Below are positions 10,075 to 19,575 of a DNA stretch of 64,000 nucleotides, piece by piece. Positions within the stretch are counted from its first letter, which is position 1. Each line of letters opens with the position of its first letter. This stretch comes from an uncultured Nitrospiraceae bacterium (GTDB lineage Bacteria > Nitrospirota > Thermodesulfovibrionia > Thermodesulfovibrionales > Dissulfurispiraceae), in contig CAVPIW010000007.1 of assembly GCA_963705105.1 (NCBI GenBank), positions 256,001 through 320,000 on the forward strand. Reading direction: 5' to 3'. The translations under genes were made by a program, and so were the position numbers. The notes under the pieces were generated by a model, which had not been told where the DNA came from, made no database searches, and was given only the letters and a program-made list of their open reading frames with translations.

Positions 10075-10803
10075 TCAGGATGATGCGGGACCGTCGCCCT
10101 CTTCTCCTGTTTCCGGAGGGCCTGACTTTCCGGCGCTTCCTCCCAAAGTCTCTTCAAGCCTGATCGTCCTTTCGATCGCCCCGGAGAGATAGTCCCGGAA
10201 GCGTTCCGGGATGAGCCACTGGATGCCGAGCTTCTCGGCCCAGGCAATCAGTCCCTGGTCGGCGGTGACAAGGACCGCATCGAGCTCCCGGGCGAGGAGG
10301 AGAAGGTCCACATCCTCCCTGCTGTCGATGACTCCCTCCCTGAGGGCTTCCCTGTACTTTTTCCTCAGGTCCTGGATGATCTCGTCGGGCTTCCTCTGCT
10401 CGGCGGACCTGACGGCCTTCTCGGCGATGCGCAGCCCCTTGTTGACCCTGTCGCGCAGGTCCTCGATCAGCTCGTAGAGCACGAACCCGGGGATGGGTAT
10501 TTCATGCCTCCGCGGCGGCCGCTGGTGGAGAATGAGGAGGAGGTCGCCGGGTATGCGGCTCTTGTCGACGAAATTGAGGAGTTCGCTGAAGGTCGAGGGA
10601 GGCATATAAAATTCGAGCACGTGGATCTGCGACGCGAGAAAGAGAAAGGTCTCCAGGGCCTCCGTCGGCGTCGTTCCGAGGCTCATCCTGACGTCGGGAT
10701 TGACGAACAGGCTCGTGTCGAGGACCACCTTCCGGGGAGGAGGAAAGGGGGAATAGGTCCGCCGCGTATCGGGCGAAGTGTCTTCCCCGCCGGCTTCAGG
10801 CAT
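10075..10803 (-). CDS. RNA-free (protein-only) RNase P, HARP / Aq_880-like PIN-domain protein
   Basis: VLDTSLFVNPDVR, FYMPPS, RVNKGLRIAE, YREALREGVIDSREDVDLLLLARELDA.LVTADQG. Confidence 0.9.
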   Translation of the reverse strand: MPEAGGEDTSPDTRRTYSPFPPPRKVVLDTSLFVNPDVRMSLGTTPTEALETFLFLASQIHVLEFYMPPSTFSELLNFVDKSRIPGDLLLILHQRPPRRHEIPIPGFVLYELIEDLRDRVNKGLRIAEKAVRSAEQRKPDEIIQDLRKKYREALREGVIDSREDVDLLLLARELDAVLVTADQGLIAWAEKLGIQWLIPERFRDYLSGAIERTIRLEETLGGSAGKSGPPETGEEGDGPASS

Positions 10804-10827
10804 CGTTCGTTCCCTGCAGGTTCTCCA

Positions 10828-11268
10828 TCAGTGATGATATTCCATGCCTTTCTGTATCGTGAATGCCCTGTATATTTGCTCCAGGAGGACGAGCCTCGCC
10901 ATTTCATGGGTGAGGGTCATCCGGGATAGCGCAAGTATGGTGTCCGCCCTGTCACGGACTTCCCGGGAAACGCCGAAGGGTCCTCCCAGGACAAAATCAA
11001 TGGCAGGCCTTTCACCGAGAAGGGAGGCAAAACCGGGCGATGTGAGTTCATCACCTTTTTCATCGAGCAGCACAAATGACTGTGTCTGCCTGATGATCCT
11101 CGACCCCTCCGCTGCAAGGGCCTCTTCCCTGCTCTTCCCCCGCCCTTCCCGGACCTCGACGACGGAAACCCGTGCGAAGCGCCCCAGGAGTTTCAGGTAG
11201 TGATCGATGCCCTCAGTAAGATAACGCTCTCTGGTCCTGCCGGGCCAGACGATCCGGATCTTCATCAT
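10828..11268 (-). CDS. rlmH: 23S rRNA m3-pseudouridine1915 methyltransferase
   Basis: LLDEKG, FVLGGPFG, LTHEMARLVLLEQIYRA...YH. Confidence 0.95.
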   Translation of the reverse strand: MMKIRIVWPGRTRERYLTEGIDHYLKLLGRFARVSVVEVREGRGKSREEALAAEGSRIIRQTQSFVLLDEKGDELTSPGFASLLGERPAIDFVLGGPFGVSREVRDRADTILALSRMTLTHEMARLVLLEQIYRAFTIQKGMEYHH

Positions 11269-11605
11269 CGGCTGCGATTCTCGGGGCATCGAGCCAGAGC
11301 TTCTCCAGCTCATAGTATGATCTCGTCTCATCCTCGAAGATATGGATGACGACGTCGCCATAGTCCATAAGCACCCAGTGCGCGTACGTCATGCCCTCGA
11401 TGCTCAGCGGGGTGCAGCCGATTTTTTTCAGCTCTGATTCGATGTGTTCGGCGATAGCCCTGACTTGGGGGATGTTGTCACCGGAGCAGATGACGAAGTA
11501 GTCGGAAATAACGGTGAGACCCTTCAGTTCGAGGATCACGGTGTCTTTTGCCTTCTTCGCCCGGGAAGCCCGTGCCGCCTCCTGAGCCTTCTCTAAACTG
11601 TCTAT
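11213..11605 (-). CDS. rsfS: Ribosome silencing factor, apparent ATA start
   Basis: DYFVICSG, WVLMDYGDVVIHIF, YYELEKLW; AAGGAGG 7 nt before an in-frame ATA at 11605. Confidence 0.93.
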   Translation of the reverse strand: MDSLEKAQEAARASRAKKAKDTVILELKGLTVISDYFVICSGDNIPQVRAIAEHIESELKKIGCTPLSIEGMTYAHWVLMDYGDVVIHIFEDETRSYYELEKLWLDAPRIAADDEDPDRLARQDQRALSY

Positions 11606-11665
11606 GTGCCTGCCTCCTTTCAGAATGATGATTTATTATACCAGACCGTCGCCATCCAAAATAAT

Positions 11666-12087
11666 ATTTGTCGTTGCAATAAAAGGCGGGGCAAAGCGCC
11701 TCAGAGCCTCGCTGATAGCGAGCATGATCGTTTATTATGGTGTATCAGGAATTCACCCTTTGTGACATCGATCATGAGCCTAATGCCTTATCGTTGCAAT
11801 ACACTTCCGGGAAAGGCGGGGCGTATGCGCCGAAAACCTTGCTGCGGCGACACCATAACTCTCACGGAAGACAACCTTTCAAACCAATGGTCGACCACAC
11901 AAAGAGTGGAATCCTGAAAGACAAACCTGACGAGGCTTATCGTCGCCTTCAGCAAGGCTTGAGGCGTTTCGCCACGCCTTTCTATGCAAGGTAATAGTAT
12001 CTTTATGGGAAGGCAAAGGTCTCGCAGCACCGAGGCTTGTCGGCGCCTTCACCCCGCCTTTCCGGAGATCACATTGCATCGATAAGG
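11666..12087. mobile_element. Nested MITEs: outer C+D copy (11666-12087) containing an inner B+C' copy (11786-11991)
   Basis: Outer copy has a perfect TAAT duplication; removing the inner copy restores the C-D architecture of copy 3. Confidence 0.85.
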
Positions 12088-12150
12088 TAATCCGACACGA
12101 GGATTGGCCGGAATAATTCCGTTCACTCACACTGACACTCGCACTTTACA

Positions 12151-12936
12151 CTATCTTCTCTTTCGGCGGTCGTCCCAAAAGGCGTTCATTAGGGCCACGG
12201 CGACGATCGCCGCCGTCTCAGCCCTGAGGACCCTCCTGCCGAGGCTTGTTGCCACAAGACCGCACTCCTCTGCTCGCAGCACCTCCTGCTCCGTGAACCC
12301 CCCTTCGGGTCCGACGAGGAGATACACAAGCCCCGCGGCCGTCCTGGCGATACCATCGCCCGCAGGCTCCGCATCGGGCAGGCCCGGCAGAAGGCCGTCA
12401 AAGGCATCGGGAAAATCCCTTCCGCTTTCAGGCCTGAAAATGAGTCCCTTCAAAGCAGGACCGCCCTGCCGCACCACGGTCCCAAACAGCCGGGGCTCGT
12501 GGATACTCGGGATGACGGCGCCGCCGCACTGTTCGACCGCTTCTTCCGCGATTTTTCTCCACCTGCCGACTTTTCTCGTCTCCCTGACGAGGCACCGTTC
12601 GGTGATGACGGGTGCAAACTCCGAGATCCCGAGTTCCGTCGTCTTCTGGAGGACGACATCCATTTTCTCTCCCTTGAGAATCCCCTGGCAGAGCACGATC
12701 CTCAGGTCCTTCTCCGCGCCCCGTCCGTCCTTCCCTTCTCCCGCCATGGCGATCGTGACGGCATGCTTCGACGTCCCCGTCACGACAGCCCCATAAACCA
12801 TGCCCACGCCGTCGATGACGGTGATGTCCTCCCCCTTCTTCACCCTCAGGACCGAGAGGAGATAATGGGATTTCTCCGCAGGCAGGCTGATTTCTCCGCC
12901 CTTTGCGATCACCTCAGGGGGAAGGTAGATTCTCAT
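12151..12936 (-). CDS. rsmE: 16S rRNA m3U1498 methyltransferase
   Basis: QKTTELG, EAVEQC, VGPEGGF, LGRRVLRAETA. Confidence 0.95.
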   Translation of the reverse strand: MRIYLPPEVIAKGGEISLPAEKSHYLLSVLRVKKGEDITVIDGVGMVYGAVVTGTSKHAVTIAMAGEGKDGRGAEKDLRIVLCQGILKGEKMDVVLQKTTELGISEFAPVITERCLVRETRKVGRWRKIAEEAVEQCGGAVIPSIHEPRLFGTVVRQGGPALKGLIFRPESGRDFPDAFDGLLPGLPDAEPAGDGIARTAAGLVYLLVGPEGGFTEQEVLRAEECGLVATSLGRRVLRAETAAIVAVALMNAFWDDRRKRR

Positions 12937-12952
12937 GCCGGGAGGGGTTCGG

Positions 12953-14041
12953 TCAGGAGAAGAGGTCCTTCAGCTTGCTCGTGAACCCCTTGGCGTGATC
13001 GGGCGCAGGTTCGCCCGTTATCTTCGCTAACTCTTCCAGCAGTTCACGCTGACGCGGAGTGAGCTTCTTCGGCACCGCAACGGTAATGGTGACGAGCAGG
13101 TCTCCGCGGTGGCTCGTGCCGATTTTCGGCATGCCTTTGTTCTTGATGTGGAATACTTTTCCCGACTGTGTGCCGGCCGGTATTTTCAACGTCGACGGCT
13201 CGTCGAGTGTCGGCACTTCGATCTCTCCGCCGAAGACGGCCTTCGTGAAGGAAATGGGGATATGACAGGATATGCTCAGGCCTTCCCGCCGGAACACGGG
13301 GTGGTCCTCGACGGAAATGACGACATAGAGGTCACCGGGAGGACCGCCGAACGCTCCCAGGTCACCTTCGCCTGTCAGTCTCAAGCGTGTCCCCGTATCG
13401 ACTCCCGCCGGGACCTTTATGGAGATCTCCCGCTGGATCCGCACCCTGCCGCCGCCTTCGCAATCCTTGCATGGCGTCTGGATGATCTTGCCGCTGCCCT
13501 GACATTTCCCGCAGGTCTTGGAGACGCTGAAGAATCCCTGCTGGAACCTGACATGACCCGTTCCCTGGCAGGAAGGGCAGGTGACGGCCGATGTGCCCGG
13601 CGCTGCGCCCGTACCGCCGCATGTGGCGCATGACTGCCACCGGGGCACTTTGATCGTTTTTTCGAGCCCCGTCGAGGCCTCTTCGAGGGTCATCGTGAGG
13701 TTATACCTCAGGTCCGCCCCCTTGACGGGACGGTTCCTCCTCGACCCGCCGAAGGAACCGAAAAAGTCATCGAAGATGTCCTCGAAGATGTCCGAGAACC
13801 CGGCGCCCCCGAACCCCGCCCCGGCCCCTTCCGCCGTTCCGAAACGGTCGTAGTTCGCCCTCTTCTCGGGGTCGCTGAGGCAGGTATAGGCCTCGTTGAT
13901 CTCCTTGAACTTCTCCTCCGCCACCTTGTCGTCGGGATTTCTGTCAGGGTGATACTGCAGGGCGAGCTTCCGGAATGCCTTCTTCAGCTCTTCCTGAGAG
14001 GCGTCGCGGTTCACTCCGAGTGTGGCGTAGTAATCTTTCAT
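12953..14041 (-). CDS. dnaJ: Chaperone DnaJ
   Basis: J domain HPD, four CxxCxGxG repeats. Confidence 0.98.
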   Translation of the reverse strand: MKDYYATLGVNRDASQEELKKAFRKLALQYHPDRNPDDKVAEEKFKEINEAYTCLSDPEKRANYDRFGTAEGAGAGFGGAGFSDIFEDIFDDFFGSFGGSRRNRPVKGADLRYNLTMTLEEASTGLEKTIKVPRWQSCATCGGTGAAPGTSAVTCPSCQGTGHVRFQQGFFSVSKTCGKCQGSGKIIQTPCKDCEGGGRVRIQREISIKVPAGVDTGTRLRLTGEGDLGAFGGPPGDLYVVISVEDHPVFRREGLSISCHIPISFTKAVFGGEIEVPTLDEPSTLKIPAGTQSGKVFHIKNKGMPKIGTSHRGDLLVTITVAVPKKLTPRQRELLEELAKITGEPAPDHAKGFTSKLKDLFS

Positions 14042-14060
14042 CGGTCAGCCGGTATGGTCA

Positions 14061-14351
14061 CCGTGCAGTTGTTTGAAAAGGCGGGGCGAAACGCCTCAAA
14101 GCCTTGCTGAAGGCGACGATACGCCTCATCAGCTTCGTGTTTCAGGATTCCACTCTTTGTGTCATCGACCATTGGCGTATAGTTCATCTCTCGTTTTGAT
14201 ACAGGTGTCGCCGCAGCAAGGTTTTCGGCGCATACACCCCGCCTTTCCGGAAAGCGTATGCAACGATAAGGTTATTATGTTACGGTGTCGCCGCATCAAG
14301 GTTTTCGGCGCATACGCCCCGCCTTTCCGGAGATCGTATGCGATTATAAAA
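14061..14351. mobile_element. MITE C'+B (14061-14271) followed by a second B arm and long end
   Basis: Two consecutive GGTGTCGCCGC.CAAGGTTTTCGGCGCATAC.CCCCGCCTTTCCGG blocks between dnaK and dnaJ. Confidence 0.85.
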
Positions 14352-14365
14352 CTCAGAGGCTGCAA

Positions 14366-14399
14366 CCGGCGGCCTCCCCATGCGGGGAGGCTTTGCCGG
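14366..14399 (-). terminator. GC-rich hairpin after dnaK
   Basis: GCCTCCCC-ATGC-GGGGAGGC stem with an extended CCGGC/GCCGG. Confidence 0.45.
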
Positions 14400-14421
14400 C
14401 CGCCATATCAGGGTGTGGCGC

Positions 14422-16332
14422 TTATTTGTTTTTATCGACGTCCTCGAATTCCGCTTCGACGACTTCCTCTTCACCGCTCTTCGGCTTTTCACCGGAGGCG
14501 CCGGCGCCGCCTGCAGACTGTCCCTGGGCCGCGCTGTACATGTGCTCGGCGAGCTTGTGAGAAGCCTTGGTCAGCTCGTCGACGGAGGACTTGATCTCCG
14601 CGGCGTCCTGGCTGGTGTCCTTCGCTTTTTTGCACTTTTCAAGGGCTGCCTGGATGGCGCTTTTTTCGGTCTCGCTCACCTTGTCACCGTACTCGCTCAG
14701 AGACTTTTCGACGGAATAGACGAGGGTGTCGGCATGGTTCCTCGCCTCAGCCAGTTCCTTCTTCTTCCTGTCCTCCTCGGCGTGGGCTTCGGCATCCCTC
14801 ACCATCTTCTTGATCTCTTCATCGGAAAGACCGCTCGATGCGGTGATCCTGATGGACTGCTCCTTGCCCGTTCCGAGGTCCTTCGCGGAGACGTGGAGAA
14901 TACCGTTCGCGTCGATATCAAAGGTCACATCGATCTGTGGGAGGCCCCGCGGCGCCGGAGGAATACCCACGAGCTCGAAGACGCCGAGGAGCTTGTTGTC
15001 CGCCGCCATCTCCCTCTCTCCCTGGAACACTCTGATGGTGACGGCGGGCTGGTTGTCCGAGGCCGTCGAAAAGACCTGGGATTTCTTCGTCGGGATCGTC
15101 GTGTTTTTCTCGATCATCTTGGTGAAAACGCCGCCGAGGGTCTCGATGCCGAGCGACAGGGGCGTGACGTCGAGGAGGAGCACCTCCTTGACCTCTCCCT
15201 TCAGAACCGCACCCTGGATGGCGGCGCCGACGGCCACGACCTCGTCAGGGTTCACCGTCTTGTTCGGCTCTTTGCCGAAATGGGACTGGACGACCTGCTG
15301 GACCTTCGGGGTCCTCGTCTGGCCGCCCACAAGGAGCACCTCGTCGACGTCAGAAGGCGACATGGCCGCGTCGCTCAGGGCGATCTTGCAGGGTTCAATG
15401 GTATTGCTGACGAGATCGTCCGTCAACTGCTCCAGCTTCGCCCGGGAGAGCTTCATCAGGAGGTGTTTCGGCCCGGAAGCGTCGGCCGTGACGAAGGGCA
15501 GGTTGATCTCCGTCTCCATGGCCGTCGAGAGCTCTATCTTCGCCCTTTCGGCGCCCTCCTTCAGCCTCTGCAGAGCCATCTTGTCCTGCCTGAGGTCGAT
15601 GCCCTGATCCTTCCTGAATTCTTCCACCAGCCAGTCGATGATCCGGAGGTCGAAGTCGTCACCGCCCAGGTAGGTATCCCCGTTCGTCGACTTCACCTCG
15701 ATGACGCCTTCGCCGATCTCAAGGATCGAGATGTCGAACGTGCCGCCCCCGAGGTCGTACACGGCGACCTTCTCCTCTTTCTTCTTTTCGAGGCCGTAGG
15801 CAAGGGCCGCGGCGGTCGGTTCATTGATGATCCGCAGCACGTTGAGACCCGCGATCTTTCCCGCGTCCTTCGTCGCCTGTCTCTGGCTGTCGTCAAAGTA
15901 GGCCGGCACGGTGATGACGGCGTCGGTCACGGTCTCACCGAGGTAATCCTCTGCGGCCTGCTTCAGTTTCTGGAGAATCATGGCGGAAATCTCGGGAGGA
16001 GAATATGTCTTTCCCCTTGCCTCGACGTGAGCATCCCCGTTGGAGGCCTCTACGATTTTATATGGAAGCCTTTTTCTCGCGTGTTCCACCTGTTTCGTAT
16101 TGAACTTCCTTCCCATGAGCCTCTTTATCGAAAAGATGGTGTTCTCGGGATTCGTTATCGACTGTCTCTTAGCGATCTGGCCGACGAGACGCTCACCCTT
16201 CTCTGTGAAGGCGACGACTGAGGGTGTGGTCCGCATACCCTCCTGGTTCGGTATAACAACGGTTTCTCCACTCATGACGACTGCAACGACCGAGTTTGTC
16301 GTCCCGAGATCGATGCCTACAGCCTTTCCCAT
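14422..16332 (-). CDS. dnaK: Chaperone DnaK
   Basis: [17 protein letters not shown], complete Hsp70. Confidence 0.99.
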   Translation of the reverse strand: MGKAVGIDLGTTNSVVAVVMSGETVVIPNQEGMRTTPSVVAFTEKGERLVGQIAKRQSITNPENTIFSIKRLMGRKFNTKQVEHARKRLPYKIVEASNGDAHVEARGKTYSPPEISAMILQKLKQAAEDYLGETVTDAVITVPAYFDDSQRQATKDAGKIAGLNVLRIINEPTAAALAYGLEKKKEEKVAVYDLGGGTFDISILEIGEGVIEVKSTNGDTYLGGDDFDLRIIDWLVEEFRKDQGIDLRQDKMALQRLKEGAERAKIELSTAMETEINLPFVTADASGPKHLLMKLSRAKLEQLTDDLVSNTIEPCKIALSDAAMSPSDVDEVLLVGGQTRTPKVQQVVQSHFGKEPNKTVNPDEVVAVGAAIQGAVLKGEVKEVLLLDVTPLSLGIETLGGVFTKMIEKNTTIPTKKSQVFSTASDNQPAVTIRVFQGEREMAADNKLLGVFELVGIPPAPRGLPQIDVTFDIDANGILHVSAKDLGTGKEQSIRITASSGLSDEEIKKMVRDAEAHAEEDRKKKELAEARNHADTLVYSVEKSLSEYGDKVSETEKSAIQAALEKCKKAKDTSQDAAEIKSSVDELTKASHKLAEHMYSAAQGQSAGGAGASGEKPKSGEEEVVEAEFEDVDKNK

Positions 16333-16488
16333 TCTATCCTCCTTCGTAAAATATCAATTGTCATTAAGGTCCGGAATTGCCGGTACCCGATCATATATCT
16401 CTCTATTATACTCTTGTCTGAAACTGCTCTCGGTTAATCCCGGAAAAACGGGGACAGAGACCGGTTTCTGAAGCAGAATTCGCTTTTT

Positions 16489-17046
16489 TTACACCTTCTT
16501 GGACACAGAAACGAGGGAAGGTCTCAGCACCTTCTCATGGAACATGTATCCCTTTCTGAACTCTTCGACCACCATGTTACTCTCTGTTTCAGGCTTCTCG
16601 ACGACGGACATGGCGTGATGATAGGCCGGATCGAAGGGCCGGCCGAGGGCTTCGATCGGCTTCAGCCCGTTCTTTCCGAGGACACGCATCAGTTCCCTGA
16701 GGGTGTTCTCCACCCCCTCACGGAGGGCGAGAAAGGCGTCACCATTACCTTCGCTCGCATGGCTCAGCGCCATATCGAGGCTGTCGATCGCCGGCAGCAG
16801 ATCGTAGACCAGGCTTTCGTTGGCGAACTTGGCGAGCTCCTCCTTGTCCTTTTGCGTCTTCTTCCTGTAATTATCGAATTCCGCATAGAGACGCAGATAT
16901 CTGTCCTTCATTTCGTCGCGCTCACTGCGGATCATATCGAGTTCTGTCTCTCCCTGGCCGGTCCGGGAAGATGAAACCGGCTCAGGCGATTCTGTGCCCG
17001 ATGCATCCTCCGGGTTCACAGACGGCTCTTTATCTTCCAATATCAC
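16489..17046 (-). CDS. grpE: Nucleotide exchange factor GrpE
   Basis: AEFDNYRK, FDPAYHHAM, KGY...LRPSLV. Confidence 0.96.
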   Translation of the reverse strand: MILEDKEPSVNPEDASGTESPEPVSSSRTGQGETELDMIRSERDEMKDRYLRLYAEFDNYRKKTQKDKEELAKFANESLVYDLLPAIDSLDMALSHASEGNGDAFLALREGVENTLRELMRVLGKNGLKPIEALGRPFDPAYHHAMSVVEKPETESNMVVEEFRKGYMFHEKVLRPSLVSVSKKV

Positions 17047-17112
17047 AACCTCCTCCCTTGCAAAATCAGGTCCTGGCGCACAGGAACGGCACGGTCATCA
17101 GGCCGGTCCCGG

Positions 17113-18156
17113 TCAGCGCTCCTCCAGTCTCGTACTCACGAGTTTCGCCGCCATGTCCACGATGGAAATGGCTCTCCCGTAATTCATCCGCTTCGGTCCG
17201 ATCAGCGCGATTACGCCGATAGGCCTGTTTTTTTCCTTGTATGTCGAGGCGACGATGCTCAGGTTCTTCAGTTCTTCAACGGGGTTTTCAGCGCCGATGA
17301 CGATGTGCAGGCCCTCTTCCTCGGAGAGCTCGTTCAGCAGCTTCAGGATCGTGTGTTTTTCCCGGATTGCCTTCGCGAGCTCCTTGATCTTCGTAATATC
17401 CGAAAAATCGGGAAGGTTCATGGCATCGTAAAGGCCTGACACGAACAAATCGTCTCCGGTGAACGACAGCGCCTGATCACAGATCAGCAGCGCCCTGGAT
17501 ACGAGATTCTCGCAGAGCGATTTCTCAGACTGCATCCTTTTGATGAGAGCGCCCCGTATCTCGTCGATCGTGAATCCCGAGAACTGGCTGTTGAGATAAT
17601 CGGAGATCTCATTCAGATTCTTCTGGTTTACCCCGGATCCTCCCCGAAGGATCCTGTTCCGGATGATCCCTTCTTCCGTCAGCAGAATCGCCACGATCAT
17701 GTCATCACGGTATTTGATGAGGTCTATCCTGTTGAACGTCGTCTGCGCCGCCTTGGGCGCAAGGGCGACGCCGATGTAATTCGACATGACCGAGAGCGTA
17801 TTCGTAATAGTGAAGAAGAGCTCGTTGACATCATTCCTGATCTCTATCAGCCTGTTGCTGATCTGCTGAATGAACTCCCTCGTGAGGTCGCTGCTCGCGT
17901 CCCGGCGCACCAGCAGGTTATCCACATAGTACCTGTAACCCCTATCCGTGGGAATCCGGCCCGCCGATGTGTGGGGCTGGACGAGAAAGCCGAGGTCCTC
18001 GAGATCGGCCATGACATTTCTTATCGTCGCCGAGGATATGCCGAAAGGATACCTCTTCGTCAGGAAACGGGAGCCCACGGGCTCGAGCTTGTTGATGTAG
18101 CTCTCAACAATCGCCGAGAGGATATATCGGCTTCTCTCATCAAGGTTGTATAACAT
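17113..18156 (-). CDS. hrcA: Heat-inducible transcription repressor
   Basis: SSATIRNVMADLE...QPHTSAGRIPTD.GYR. Confidence 0.97.
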   Translation of the reverse strand: MLYNLDERSRYILSAIVESYINKLEPVGSRFLTKRYPFGISSATIRNVMADLEDLGFLVQPHTSAGRIPTDRGYRYYVDNLLVRRDASSDLTREFIQQISNRLIEIRNDVNELFFTITNTLSVMSNYIGVALAPKAAQTTFNRIDLIKYRDDMIVAILLTEEGIIRNRILRGGSGVNQKNLNEISDYLNSQFSGFTIDEIRGALIKRMQSEKSLCENLVSRALLICDQALSFTGDDLFVSGLYDAMNLPDFSDITKIKELAKAIREKHTILKLLNELSEEEGLHIVIGAENPVEELKNLSIVASTYKEKNRPIGVIALIGPKRMNYGRAISIVDMAAKLVSTRLEER

Positions 18157-18168
18157 GACAACACCCCT

Positions 18169-18195
18169 TTAGCACTCTCATGCCGAGAGTGCTAA
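18169..18195. promoter_or_regulatory. CIRCE operator
   Basis: Perfect TTAGCACTC-N9-GAGTGCTAA just upstream of hrcA. Confidence 0.97.
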
Positions 18196-18197
18196 TT

Positions 18198-18227
18198 AAT
18201 CTAACAGGAATTTCCCCGGTGTGTCAA
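18198..18227 (-). promoter_or_regulatory. Sigma70-type promoter of the hrcA operon
   Basis: Minus strand TTGACA-N18-TAGATT with a TG extension, abutting CIRCE. Confidence 0.7.
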
Positions 18228-18234
18228 CCTTCCG

Positions 18235-18655
18235 CTGCGGAACAAGACCACGAACACCCGGACGGAAGGCTGATGTAGTGAAAAGCCTTTCCGCTAAGAT
18301 ACCCTATTCATCACCGGACTACACCTTATCGTTGCAATAGGACATCCGGAAAGGCGGGGCGAAGATGCCTCTAAGCCTTGGTGCTGAGAAACCTATGCCG
18401 TCCCATACGGATTATTTCAAGCGTATGGTTGATCGCATAAAAGATGAGATCCCGAATGTCCCATTTCAAATGATCATGCTCGCTATCAGCAAGGCGTTGA
18501 GGCACTTTGTCCCGACTTTTCATGCAACAGAAAGGTACACTTTGCCGTGTCCATTCATAACAGATGCCCGTCAGGCACCAGGCGCCGAACACCTTGAGAT
18601 GTTTCATCATCGCATTGGAAAGGCTCAGAACCATGTCTGCCTTCCCGGCGACAGC
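18235..18655. mobile_element. Nested MITEs: D+C copy (18324-18535) inserted into an F-E internal module
   Basis: Perfect TACA duplication; the empty site (TCACCAGACCACACTTTGCC) is seen uninterrupted at about 27161-27180. Confidence 0.9.
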
Positions 18656-18690
18656 GTCGCGATATGCAAATTCAGAATGAGGCCGTCCCG

Positions 18691-19527
18691 TCACCACTGC
18701 AGCTCGCGTCTCATCAGCTTTTCGTACATCGCCGGTGGGAGAAAGGCCTGGGAGTGGATCTCGTCGCTGTAGTACCTCGTGCTGATCGCGCACTGCCTCC
18801 TCATCTCCCTTAATCCGTGCTTCTTCGACGCCGCTGAGAATGTCCACCAGTTGCCCGCGTAAGTCGCAAGGGGGGCGGTATAGAGATCGACGACGGGGAA
18901 GATGAGCTTCATCTCCTCCTGGACCTCGATAACCATCTCCTTATGGAAATGGAGGGACTCCGAAAGAGTGACGATCATACCCTCACCGGTGAGGGCATCC
19001 TTGACGGACTTGAAAAATTCCACGGTGAAGAGACTCTTTGCAAAACCGATGATGTCCGTCGAGTCGACAATGACGACATCGATGTCCCCGCTCCTGCCTT
19101 TCACGAATTCCGCGCCGTCCATGCACTTGATCTCGACGCGACCGTCGCCGACGCCGGATGAGACGGCGGGGAAGAATTCCCGCGAGACGTTGATGACCTG
19201 CTCGTCGATCTCGACGAAATAGACCTTTTCCACCGTGTCGTGCTTCAGGACTTCCCTGACGACGCCGCCGTCGCCGCCGCCGATGACGACGACCTTCCTC
19301 GGCGCCGGGTGGGCATGCATGGCGACATGGACGAGCATCTCATGATAGAAGAACTCGTCGCGTTCCGTGATCTGCACGACGCCGTCGAGGATGAGCATCC
19401 TGCCGAAATGGGGGTTCTCGATCACCATGATCTCCTGAAAGTCACTCCTGCTCTTGTGCAGGACCCTGTCGACGTCATAGACATACTGGATCGGGGCATA
19501 GGGGTCTCTCTCAAAAAACCTGATCAT
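18691..19527 (-). CDS. speE: Spermidine synthase (polyamine aminopropyltransferase)
   Basis: DEFFYHEMLVH, VIGGGDGG, VEID, VDSTD. Confidence 0.93.
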   Translation of the reverse strand: MIRFFERDPYAPIQYVYDVDRVLHKSRSDFQEIMVIENPHFGRMLILDGVVQITERDEFFYHEMLVHVAMHAHPAPRKVVVIGGGDGGVVREVLKHDTVEKVYFVEIDEQVINVSREFFPAVSSGVGDGRVEIKCMDGAEFVKGRSGDIDVVIVDSTDIIGFAKSLFTVEFFKSVKDALTGEGMIVTLSESLHFHKEMVIEVQEEMKLIFPVVDLYTAPLATYAGNWWTFSAASKKHGLREMRRQCAISTRYYSDEIHSQAFLPPAMYEKLMRRELQW

Positions 19528-19575
19528 ATCGCTGTCCTCCTTGACACACCGGCACGGAAACGCGCCGTCTTCGTT

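Noticed and set aside
11606..12130. Short ORFs over the MITEs (also 6701, 7646, 14073, 18365, 20862, 26951, 29009, 48249, 61528, 62917)
   Set aside because: They are translations of the repeats. Frames and stops are not conserved between copies. The recurring E-module peptide (EHLEM.HHRIGKA) could be a transposase remnant, but I see no recognisable motif.
14380..16221. 613-aa antisense ORF opposite dnaK (and similar long shadow ORFs opposite prp, gspE, moaA and others)
   Set aside because: Well-known antisense artefact of high-GC codon usage.
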